A DNA stretch of 55,904 nucleotides, filler included, from Trypethelium eluteriae (lineage: Eukaryota), in NCBI GenBank assembly GCA_051942245.1. It is 2 parts of 2 records of this genome, joined end to end, with 100 filler letters (N's around TTAATTAATTAA, not from the genome) between each part and the next. Parts side by side here need not be neighbours in the genome. Positions count along the whole stretch, not along the records: positions 1 to 27,911 come from JAVECL010000320.1; positions 28,012 to 55,904 come from JAVECL010000321.1. One strand, written 5' to 3'. The notes under the pieces are model-generated. The model ran no database searches and had not been told where the DNA came from. It was given only the letters and a program-made list of their open reading frames with translations. Both the position numbers and the translations under genes were made by a program. How positions within the stretch are numbered: position 1 is the first letter of the stretch; each line of letters begins with the position of its first letter. This document shows positions 25,155 through 36,304 of the stretch, in pieces.

Positions 25155-27911
25155 ATGTTGCGCATGCTTGAAGCTCAAGCTCCAGCCAAGCAGACGGCAA
25201 CAGATACAATAAATACCCTGAGTGGGCGACTGAATAATGCAAACCTGCTTGAGGATCGGCGCGCCGCCATTCTTGGTCTCAGAAGTTTTGCAAAGGAATA
25301 TCCGGCTTCGGTTGCATCAGGGGCACTCCGTGGCCTCATCAGCAGTCTGACAAAAGATGGGGAGGATGTAGATACAACGAAGGTGATTCTTGAGACGTTG
25401 CTGATGTTATTTAGCCCTAATGAACGGAGTGTATGTGCCTCAGATGCTTCAATTGGGAAATCATGAGCTAAAGAATCGTAGCCTGAAGCGTCGGACGACA
25501 TTGCTCTGTGGTTGGCTGATGAGTTCACCCAGGTATTTCGAACATCTCGTGGCTTTAAGCGTGTACTGAGCTGAAATAGCGACAAGATAATATTACAATG
25601 CTCTTGGACCTGCTTGAGACACCAGATTTCTATTCCCGCCTGTATTCCTTACAATTGATTACAGCGATTTGTTCTGCGCGACCTGACAGGACCCAAGAGT
25701 GTATACTTTCTGCTCCATTGGGGACAACTCGGCTGGTTGCGCTACTGGATGACCCGAGAGATGCTGTCCGCAATGGTAAATTATACATACCCACCCCCTC
25801 CGGTTTGTCTTTGGTACTAACATTTATTATACAGCGGGTCTCCTACTTTGTACAGATCTCACTCAATCGTCCACGGAATTGCAGAAGCTTGTCGCGTTCG
25901 AGAATGCGTTCGATCGGGTTTTCAGACTGATCGAGGCTGAGGGTTCTTTATTACACGGAGGCATCATTGTCCAAGATTGCTTATCGCTTCTTGCAAATCT
26001 CATACGCGGAAACACTTCCAATCAATCATTGTTTCGGGAGAGCGGGTGTGTCAAGAGAGTTCTTGAAGTTCTACCCGGCGGATCAAGAGATGGAACCCTA
26101 CGGGACGGAGATGGCGAGGACAACGATTTTGAGAACCCGCAGAAGGGGAAAAATATATGGGGACTCCTAGCAATCATTCGAATGTTCTTTATTCAAGGGA
26201 GTGTCAGCTCTCGACCAAATTCGGAAACCTTTCAAAAGCATGGCTTCCTTCAACGGGCTTTAGACCTTGCATTCAGCTCAAGATGGGAAGGGCCAATCCG
26301 TGCAGAGGCAAGCTCCATTTAAGCGAGTGAATGTACTAGAGCATGCTGACCTGATATTAGGCACTTCACACCTGTGCAGACATGATACGGGGTAACACGA
26401 AGCTTCAAGAAGGATTTGCTCAATTACAAGTGAATCCATTCACACAGCCTACAGCGCCTGAGAACGGCAGACCGCAAACGAATGGCATCTCCAAAGTATA
26501 TGTTATCGATGCCCTACTAGACTTAACACTTCGTCCATCAGCTCCAGAACTATATAGTAGCCGCTTTGCTGCGTGCGAATGTCTGAAAGCGTACAGTCAT
26601 GGCCACGGCCCAATACGCCTCCATTTCCTCCATAGAGCGATTGATGGTCATACGTCTGGAGAAGATGAAACAGCAAACGTACTAACAACTTTAATACATG
26701 GTCCTCCCGGGTCATGGTCTTCGAACCCTTACGGATCCTGGTTTGCTGCTGTCCTAGTGCTCCATTTGATCTTTGACGATCCTGAAGCAAAGAAGCTCTT
26801 GATCAACGTGACAGAAGGCGACGCGGAGAATGGCGAAGAAGTCGTGACATGTATTCAAGCAATTACTGGAAACCTTATTGATTGCTTACAACGGGAACAA
26901 GATCAAAGAATCAGCATCGGATATCTGATGCTGCTCTGTTGCTGGCTATTCGACAGCGACGAAGCAGTGAATGATTTTCTCGGCGAAGGAAGTAGTCTTC
27001 AAATCTTGGTACAAGTAGCTTCTAATACATCAGATGATGAGTACACCATCCTCCGGGGCCTCTCTGCAGCTCTCCTTGGCATCATCTATGAATTTTCTAC
27101 CAAAGACTCCCCTATTTCCCGACGTACGCTTCACCCAATACTCACCTCCCGACTGGGACGCGAACTTTATATCGACGTCCTCAAACAACTTCGACGGCAT
27201 CCACTTATTCGTGACTTTGAGATCTCTCAGCAAGGAACATCATCTTTAGCTGCCCATGGCTCTCTTCCCTCCGTTTACTTCGACCCCACCTTTATTGACT
27301 TCCTAAAAGACAACTTCAGCCGCCTCATCCGCGCCGTAGACCGCGACCCCGGCATCGAAATCCTGCCCTCCTCCAGCAGCACCTCCGGCATCAACCGCGA
27401 CGCCCTCGACGACCTCCGCGCCGAGCTCTCCACCCGACTCTCCGCCCTCCAAAAAGCCGAATCCGACATCCTCAGTCTCGAAAGCGCGCTCAACCAAGCC
27501 CACGCGGAGCACAAACGCGCGCAAGAAACCAGCGCGGCCGAAGTCGCACGCATCAAAAACATCAACGACGCCCTCCACAAGGGCCACGACACCGAAGTCC
27601 AGAAGATCCACCAGGGCCACCGCGCCAGCACCGAGTACCTCCAAGACCAGCACGCGAGGGAGCTCGAAGCCCTGCAGTCGCGCCTCCAGCGCGCGGAATC
27701 CCGCGTCCAGGACGTCGAGCAGGAAGTTCAGGACCAGCGCGATCGCGCGAAGGCCGACTCCGAGCGCTGGCGCGCTGCCTTCAGCGACGCGCAGGTCGAG
27801 CGCGACGATGCGCGCGAGGAGCTCGCGACCGCGCGAAGAGAGATCCAGGGTGTGCTGGCGGAGCGCGATCGGGCGAGGGGGGAGGCGGAGGAGGCGCGGA
27901 AGGCGGGGGGC
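25155..27911 (+). CDS. USO1: Vesicle-tethering factor Uso1/p115 (3'-partial, cut by the assembly gap)
   Basis: Exons 25155-25430, 25482-25532, 25580-25775, 25835-26307 and 26361-27911. Head-domain motifs LLEDRRAAILGLRSF, QKLVAFENAF, IYEFSTKDSP and FDPTFIDFLKDNFSRL, followed by coiled coil. The fourth intron is GC-AG. Confidence 0.93.
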
Positions 27912-28011
27912 NNNNNNNNNNNNNNNNNNNNNNNNNNNNNNNNNNNNNNNNNNNNTTAATTAATTAANNNNNNNNNNNNNNNNNNNNNNNNNNNNNNNNN
28001 NNNNNNNNNNN
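27912..28011. other. Assembly gap / artificial contig spacer
   Basis: 44 N + TTAATTAATTAA (27956-27967; stops in all six frames) + 44 N = 100 nt. Confidence 0.97.
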
Positions 28012-28269
28012 GATGCCGCCAATTCCAGGGGGGTTTGCGTGAGATGGCACGTCAGAGTTTGTAGGAGTGGGTTTGAGAAAGTCTTGAAAGCTCGTTACAC
28101 GCCGTGCGCTATCAGCATGGCTATTTCATTGTATTCTGCTAGGCTATTGAAAATCAACGAGTAGGGATGATACAATGCCAATCTCGCCGTTGAGGCTTGT
28201 GCAATCGTCCTGCAGTAGACAAGGCTACATCTCTCCCTACCAGTCAATGCGGTCATCGTCGAAGTCGGA

Positions 28270-31200
28270 TCAGACTGGTGGCTCTTCGGGTACCATGTCA
28301 TGAGCAGGCTTGTGGCTGTGGTTCAGTGCCGGGGTACTGGGAGCTCGAATTTCATCTGAGTATAGCTCGAATCCATGCTGCAGTGGCTCTCTGGTAGGTG
28401 AACTCGCATCGGCATGTAGCTCTGAAGGGCCTGCAGAATTGTCCTCAAATTGAGGTGGCGAACTTAGAGGCCACGAGTCGATCTCGCTGATACGTGACGG
28501 TGATTCATGCGCCATCTCATTTTTCGATAAGGTTGTTGCGTCCATTTCGGGCATTGTAAGCTCCATCGAGGCTTCGCTAACGTAGGAGAGCATGGATTGC
28601 TCATTTGAGGTACTTGAGGTCAGATCAGGAAAGCCGATCACTGAATCATCTTCCAGCTCGGTGATTTCCTCTATTTTCATAGTAGTCTCCTCGATTAGTT
28701 CCATTCCCAGCTCCTGCCTCCACTGCCTATAGTGTGATTTGTCTAGATTTCTTTGCTTTTCTGCTTCATGAAAGGCTTCTTGCTGGGAAGAAAGCACGGC
28801 GCGAGACTTGTATACCGATTTAGGATTGAATTCTTCGATTGTGGGTAGGCTTGACTTCATGTCTCGAATAGCATTGTGGGTGATGTTCTGGACACTGCTG
28901 TTGATGCTTCTCTGATAGTTCTTATTAGAGAGTTTCTGGCTAACGGATCGCTTGAGAGTTTTGATGCGCTGTTCCGATTCTCTAGGGTCAACGTCCGTAG
29001 ATGTGACGTCTGATGCGACGACATTCGACACTTTGGCCATGAGACTTTTTCTGACAAGAGAGCGCGTGCGCTTGACAGGGCTAAGCCATCTCATCATCAA
29101 CTGCTCGTTCGTTTGACACAGTGCCGGCTGGATGATTGATCGAAGTAATTGGCCAGCAGGAGAAGACGGGTTGTCCACAGCCGCGGCGGCGTTGAACTTT
29201 ATGAGGTCGTGCCCGAGCACGGTCGATACTTTGTCATTTTTTGAATCGAAGAGAGACTCCGTTGTGACATTGCTGTTGCCGGACCCTAGTCCGTCTCGCT
29301 ATCTGGGATGTTTTGTCATTGCTTGGACTTGATCGTGTACTTCTGCCTTTACCGAATTTAGGGATGAATCGAGGACGAATTGCGAATACTTCAATTTGTT
29401 GCTTCCAACCTGAGACGTCAGAAGAATGTCCAGCCTAGCTTTAAGCGGTAGAGCTGCAACACATGGGTATGCCTCGGCTGGATTCAGATCAGAATAATTT
29501 TCATTTCGGCCAACGCCATTGGACATTCCAGCAACTTGAGCGGTACTCGGCCCCTGCCCGTGGGCTCCACAATGGACGATCGAGAGTCCAAGATTGTCGG
29601 TGTTGGGCGTTACAACGAATTTGTCTAGCTTGAATTCTTTCCTGAGCTTCCTTGCCATTTTCTGCCCTTTGCTACTGGGATCGGAGTTGTTGATAGGGAT
29701 AAAATTGTGACGATCTGTCGTAGGATCCGATGCATTCTGACGAGGCTTCCGTAGTCAAGCTACCAACCCATCCATGTCGTCAAAACGTTGAATTGAGTTC
29801 TTGTGAGAGCGGGGCCCTTTCAGAGCAGCCGCGTAGGCGATATGTTCCATGGCCTTTTCTTCACGATTCTGTCGCGACTCTTCTTTGCGTTGTACACTCA
29901 CAACCTGAGTGCCGTTCCGAAACATAGCGGAGCTAGCGTCGGGATCGATGAAGTCTAAGATGCTGCGTTGACCTCGCTTTTGATACTGAAAAAGCTCATC
30001 ATCCAGAGCTAAGACTGTCTTGCCGGTGTAGCTCTGGAGGACGCTTTCTCGCGTTGTATCAGCTTCCAGCCCACCGTGCTCGCTCACGTTAAAAATGTCA
30101 GCAGACATGTGCAGATGCTTTTTAATGAAACTCGACCAAGAATCGACCGTTTCCTTTGTTGTACTCTTACTTGTCAGTAGAACGAATTCCAAATTCGGGT
30201 TGTATAGCCACGACTTGGATATTTGAGTGCTAAGCCTGTAAGTCTGAATTGCAACCAGCTCTTTCGGCTGCCTGGACTGCCCACTCGAGATCGGCGCTAG
30301 TAGCAATTCAACAACGAAATGTATTATCGAGTATTCGGGAGCCTCTTTGGGAATGCGAAGCGTCTCCGAGACTTGGATGCTCATGTCTCGCTCCAGGATG
30401 TGGACTTCGTATTTGCGACAGGTTCGGTCCTCCAATGAAGCTGTAATACTGGAGTCCCCCAACATCACTGGAGCAGTCATCGGGCAAGAGACTATTGTGA
30501 TCACCTCCCGCTGAGACTCGCTACTACGACCAAGATCTTTGGAAGAAATGTTCATGACCTAGAAGACGTATACTATCAGCATCTAGTCGAGATCTGTTGG
30601 TTTTGCTTGAATACGTACTGGCCACTTCATACTAGTCGAGCAGCCTTGAGGAATGCTATCCATCAACTTGGTCTCATCCACCATTAGCTTCACTGGATAC
30701 TGAATGGTAATCTCCTGAGAGTGTACAAAGTGAGGCAAGTTCCTGTCGAGATCTGGTATCATAGCTTGGAGTTGAATCGTTGAGACTGAGGTGAACGCTT
30801 TCAAGCCTAGCTCGGCGGAATGAGGAATTCTAATCCTAGCCCAAAGCTCACCGGCGATCTTTTTAGTGCCACCAGGTGGGATTTCAAGGGGCAAATAGAC
30901 GGTGGCTTTGTGCGGCATGGGAATCGTCCAAGATGAAGGCAGCATTCTGAGCGGTATTTGCGTCTTCTTTGGCGTTGGCATTCCTCCTGCGGTGAATGTC
31001 AGTGCGACGCCTGGATCTTCAACGTAGACCAACAATACCAGTGTTCTTAACTATAATTTCTTTGATAATTTCACACTCTCCTGGCTCGAATATGCCATCA
31101 TCATTTTCATCCACAAGCTCAAAGTCAACAAGCCGAAATTCGAAAGCTGAAGTGTAACTTGTCATGGATCCATCATCCTTACGTACGACTATAGATGCCT

Positions 31201-32489
31201 TACCATCCAGGCCATCTTGTCCAGGTGCTAACACTGCTATTGGAGTACGGCCTGGCGGATCCTTGTTTCCATCTGGGGCGGATGGCTTATTACGAGTGGT
31301 GTACGTTGGCAGCTCTTGACAACCAGGTTCGTGTTCTTGATTCGTTGCCAGTTGCCCTCGGCGAGCGACAGCAGTTGAAGTCAATGGATCGAATCCAGAG
31401 CCGAGAAGTGCTTGTTGAAATTGGGGTACAATACCTGCGGGAATTCGGCCTTGGAGGTTGCCAACTTCGGCACTAGAACTCTGTTAGCATATTATCTTGA
31501 CATGGAGGAACAGAGAAGTGAAGAATATTACACGTTTGCGCCATCACTTATGTAGCCTTGAGGGAATGAGAATGCAAGATCGCGTCCAGACTGCAACTGA
31601 CTCAGTGCCACCAGATTATTGCGCGTCAATGCCGTCGATGCTTGGCCGTAGTACGCGAGCTCTCCGTCGCCTTGCGCTGTTGTATGCGGAACACACTTCC
31701 ATTCGTAGCCAGTCAATTCCTGCCTAGATAGACATTAATTTTTACTGAGCTGGGTTGGAGAAGACTGCAACTATACCATTCGCATCCTGACCCACCTCGG
31801 CCTCCTCTTCCGCCTAAGCCTGGAGACCCGTGTTTTCCAGCTTGACCTCCTTTACCAGCTTTGACATCCCAATGTGCCGCAACCACGAGATGCATATTTG
31901 CTTCGCTCGTTATAATTTTGACATGTCCACCATTACCGCCGTGGCCACCGCTGGATCCGAGTCCACCATTCCCGCCACGACCACTATCTCCTCCACGCTT
32001 GCAATATCGTTAGCACTCTGCCAACAGAGCTAACAACCTTCGCTTAGCTGGAGCATACTGTTGCACTGCTATACTCGGTGGCATTCGTTCCTGCATAGCC
32101 TCGAGCTCCTTTCTTTCCATCGCCGCCGGTGCCGCCATCTTCTCCGTCACGACCCCTTGAGCTCACAAACAAGTCGAAACCCTTCGCGACGTGCGTTCTC
32201 GATGTGTTCCTTGTACTCTTCTCTTCTGCATCAAAGCCACCTTGAGTACTTGGCACAAGCTCGATTTCAAGTGAGCGTCCACTCCCACCGTCAAGGGCAG
32301 GCGCTGCATTTGTGCCATCTAACGAGGACGACTGGGTACATATCAGATCGCCACGTGAAAGAAAAGCCTCACTGTTCGCACCTTGACCAGGCTTTGAGAT
32401 GTCGATTGATTTCCGTTTCGTCTACTTCGCGTGCTTCTTCCGTCTGCCCAAAGGACAACTTGAGGGAAGGCATTTGAAGTTCGTGTCAT
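28270..32489 (-). pseudogene. Large Gly-rich-repeat fungal protein (~1295 codons) with two in-frame stops
   Basis: Seven exons: 32489-32382, 32331-32059, 31997-31777, 31723-31532, 31472-31039, 30986-30619 and 30558-28270. GxxGGxGG repeats near the N-terminus, then FELVDENDDGIFEPGE..VKNTGGMPTP. In-frame TGA at 29755-29757 (DGLVA*LRK) and TAG at 29299-29301 (KHPR*RDG), with no convincing intron around either. Confidence 0.7.
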
Positions 32490-33665
32490 TTTTCGGCGTG
32501 CATTCAAGAATTGAGGTAAATGAAATACGAAAAGAGAGCATTGAGGGCTAAACAAAGATGTCGAATTACTTACCATTACACACCAAATCTGGAGTCCGTA
32601 TACTAATCCGAGGCATTTGATATCAGCCACCTGAAGTGTCTAGATTTCGCTTCCTACAAACAGAGTCGGACTTAGGCCTAGGCTGCATAGAGTTTGCCGA
32701 TGCTGCGTTGTTGCCTTACGGCGTTCACGTTCCTACGCCCGGCAGCCTGCAGGGGACGAGCGCGTTTTTGAGGGGGTTTCAGCCCGTCCCTCTACGCACT
32801 GAACGCGCGCAACGCGCCCACGGATTTCCCCCCCATTGTAGTAAGATCAGCCTACTAGAGTGGGGGCGGCACTCGTACCAGGCCATCGCGATCGGTTTCG
32901 TTGGTTTGTCTTCTTGTCTCGCTGGAGGCATGGGATAGCGGTCAGTCCATAAATTGACGCAGCAACGGTATGGCTATTTGTTGTTTAGAATCTCGCCGAT
33001 CGCATCACTAATAATGTGGGTGGTAGAGTATCGTAGTGCACGCGGCCGTCACGAAATCTTTCGAAGCAGATACACAAAGCGCTAGAGTAGAGGTAGAGTA
33101 ATACCAAGGTCATTCCCGTTGTGTATGCTCCGTAAAGATATCAACCCCGTCAGGTGTAAGGCAAAGCTTAGTAGAACACTCCAAGGGTGTCCTCTGCAGT
33201 AGCTACTCACTAATAATTTTGATTGGATGAGATGATAATTCACAGCTACGAGCTATCATTTGCACGCTCAATCGCGTGTGTAGGACGTTGCGTCAGGTTA
33301 GGTACCTACCTCATACCGGTGATGACCTTACGCTTGCGTGTTCCAAGTACAGTACCTAGGTAGTATTTTACCGTTAGGTAGAGTAGAGTAGAGTCCCACA
33401 TACGAAGCAGATGATACTGTAGCTTACATAAGCATGTGTCCCGATTTTATGCGTCAACATTAGAATCCTCCGCACAACTTCGCTTAGGCTCAACTTGAAG
33501 CTCTCTATAAGTCTACAGCCGACTTGAAGTCTGCAAGTCTAATGGCAAATATCCCAAAGCGACATCTGGACGCGTATTCGTGAAAGAACGCAATTTTTCG
33601 AGCAATGAGCGAAAGCTCAAGATAAAGCTGCTACATTGAGATTTTGCTGGGCTTTTGGAACGCGT

Positions 33666-35472
33666 TTAGACGACAATACTAGCGAGTGCTCTCACCACCA
33701 TGGAGTTAAAGCCTCTTTGGATCTTGATACCCGTATCATGCGTAGTCTCAAGGTCGTTTCGCTCGATATCATACGCATCTCTGCCCTTCAGACACGTCTC
33801 CACGACATCGGCATATTTCTCCCCGACCTCTCCTTGAAGTCTACTTCGCAAATCCGGCTCAGTTTTTAACCATCGCTCCCTCACAGTCCTTGTCGCCTTA
33901 GACGATCGATCCATCGTCTCCTCGATCCCCATAATCGATACGATCGGTCTCCATAGCGCTATCTCAATCATCACAATTCCAAGACTGAAGATATCGAAGG
34001 TCTTGCGGTATGGTAGATTAGGTCCGTCGAGCTGTGTGTCAGGATGTCGATAGGCCTCCATCCATCCTATACGAGGAACGTCGGTAGTCGCTTCGTCGTA
34101 CCTTGAACGCCGCGAATTGTCAAAACCGGTTACAAAAGGGCTACGCATATCAAGTCTCAGATTAGACGAGGGAAAAATTAGAACATTGGAGCTGCGTAGT
34201 GCTTTGTGAAGCCAGTTTACAGCATGAAGATAGAGCAAAAATTGAGCTAGCTTGTGCGCAAGAGCGATGCGATGCGTGAGCGACGGCTTATCGCATGCTT
34301 CAAGAGCGTTGAGAAGAGATACGGGATGCGCGTCCGGTTCGATACTGTCGGGATTTTTGAAGACAAGAGCCGACCTAGATGGGGACCCATTGCATGGAAG
34401 CATGCTATACCCCAGGCAGGGAGGGAAACAGAGCTCATTAGGCTTCGGCGCCTTGAGTAAGGTGGCAAGCTCCCTTATTAAGGGCAGAGATGCGTGTTTC
34501 CCATTCTCATCGGCAACTCCCTGATCTTGCCAATTTATCTAGACTTCTTTCTCATCCTCGTGAGCGAATTTGAGTGTGGCCTGCGGATGATCTTGCTGAG
34601 TTGCGGTTTCAGATATTATGCAGATTCTGTGGGCTGATATTTCAATATCGTCTGCATGAGACCCATGGTCTTGGAGCAACGAGGTATACCTGGATTTGAA
34701 TCTTGCCAAGTTCTCCAGTTCTTCATCCATAGCATGTTGCCACGGACTGGATCTGTAATGTAAGCTCCTCGTTGCTTGCGCCGCTTCAGTCAGCTCTCGT
34801 ATGCCGTCTAGAGTCGTCTGCATTTGCACAAGCTCCAGGTATTGCTGGCGCTGTTGAATTTGTAGGTTGTGCACTTCATGTGCACTCAACAGCTCATGCA
34901 GATAATCATTACATTTACTTAACCGTACAATGACTCTCTCGGATTCACCTCTTTGGAAACTTGTCCATGTAAACCGACGAATTGTACCCACATCCTCCTG
35001 CATCGGTTGGAAATTCAATGAGAGTCGCTGGGCGAGGGAGCTGTAAAAGCTGCGCGGGTCACTTGGTTCGTCGATGTTTGCCAAGGCGATGGAACTCGAT
35101 GTTCCACCGCCACGAATCTCTTCGGTCTCCTCCCCATTTGCATATCGTTCAAGCGTCAACCGTATCTCAGACAGGGTCTCCACCAGTACTGTCGTTTTCT
35201 CGAGTGATGTACCATTAGTGCCATTTTCGCCTGATTCTTCAAGATTGGTCGCGTGAGCGAAATGGCGGAGTCGTGACTGTTCGATCTCAAACTGAAGCGA
35301 AATGCTTCTGAAGTCATCTCGTGCTCGAAGTGCAGCAGTAACAACCTCATAACCTGTCGAATCTATCAAACTGGACCTTTTGTGTCAATTTTCATCATGT
35401 TTCACTTTTCAAACACTTATCAGTAAGCGCTATAGCCAAAGAGACCCCTCCAAGTACTACTCCGGGTGTCAT
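33666..35472 (-). pseudogene. HeLo-like (prion-inhibition) domain + kinase-like domain protein (~584 aa) with one in-frame stop
   Basis: Exons 35472-35406 and 35353-33666. Hydrophobic N-terminal helix GVVLGGVSLAIAL, then LQFEIEQSRL and RRFTW...LSKCNDYLHELL (HeLo-like). Kinase-like LHAVNWLHKALRSSNV, YRHPD and DIFSLGIVMIEIALW. TAG at 34539-34541 sits in V*INW, where Trp is expected, and the same frame continues. Confidence 0.82.
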
Positions 35473-36304
35473 GCTCAATGATGCAGAAAACTTTTGATTT
35501 CAGGGGTCACGTCAAGTGCAAGAAATAGTAATCTCTACAGTGCACAATACTTTATGAGGATACAACGGTGACAAGTACTATGCGATTCATGAAATCGACG
35601 TCATGTTTGTACCACTACTGCTGTCAACGGACCCATAAGTTCAAGTGAAATGGCGTTTTATCATTTTCATTGATTCAAAGGAGACGTGATGACTGGAGAA
35701 GCTAGTCGATTAACTTTAGCACGGTCCTTCAAATAATTGCCTCGGGGTCCTCGGGGAGGCGGTGCCCTGGTCAATTCCGGCGGCAAATTTACCTCTGTTC
35801 TACGGAGAACTTTCAACCTAACAACCTTTGGCGTCGCAGCTGCCTGACGCCACCTTCGGAACTTGATAACGTGGGGGTTAATGATATTCGCGCCCCTATC
35901 ACATCCGCTCGAGTCTGGAAGTCTCGACGTGTACAGAGCGCATTACGAAACATGCAACATTTCCAGCGAGCTGCCTGATCAAGCCAATGTTCTCAGCCGC
36001 ACTTCAGCGAACTCCTGACGCGAGTGTCTAATTCAACTTGAAATTGGGGCGAAGCGCTTATATGCAATCCTGAGGGGAATATCATGCGTCAATTGAGCTA
36101 TCACAGGGATGCGTGGGCCAGTAGTTCAGATCCTGCAATTCGGCCAGGCTGAACCCTGAGAGTGCCCGACGTGGGCCACTCTAAATACTATGTCTGTACC
36201 CTGAGTGCCGGGAGTCAAAATTTGGGAGGAATTCACGGCCTGTCACGTGTAACAGCGCTGCTGGAGACTACCCTTAAACACTTCACCTTAACTTTCAGGA
36301 TGCA

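Noticed and set aside
27956..27967. TTAATTAATTAA as a biological palindrome or transposon target site
   Set aside because: It is centred exactly within Ns and is a standard artificial spacer.
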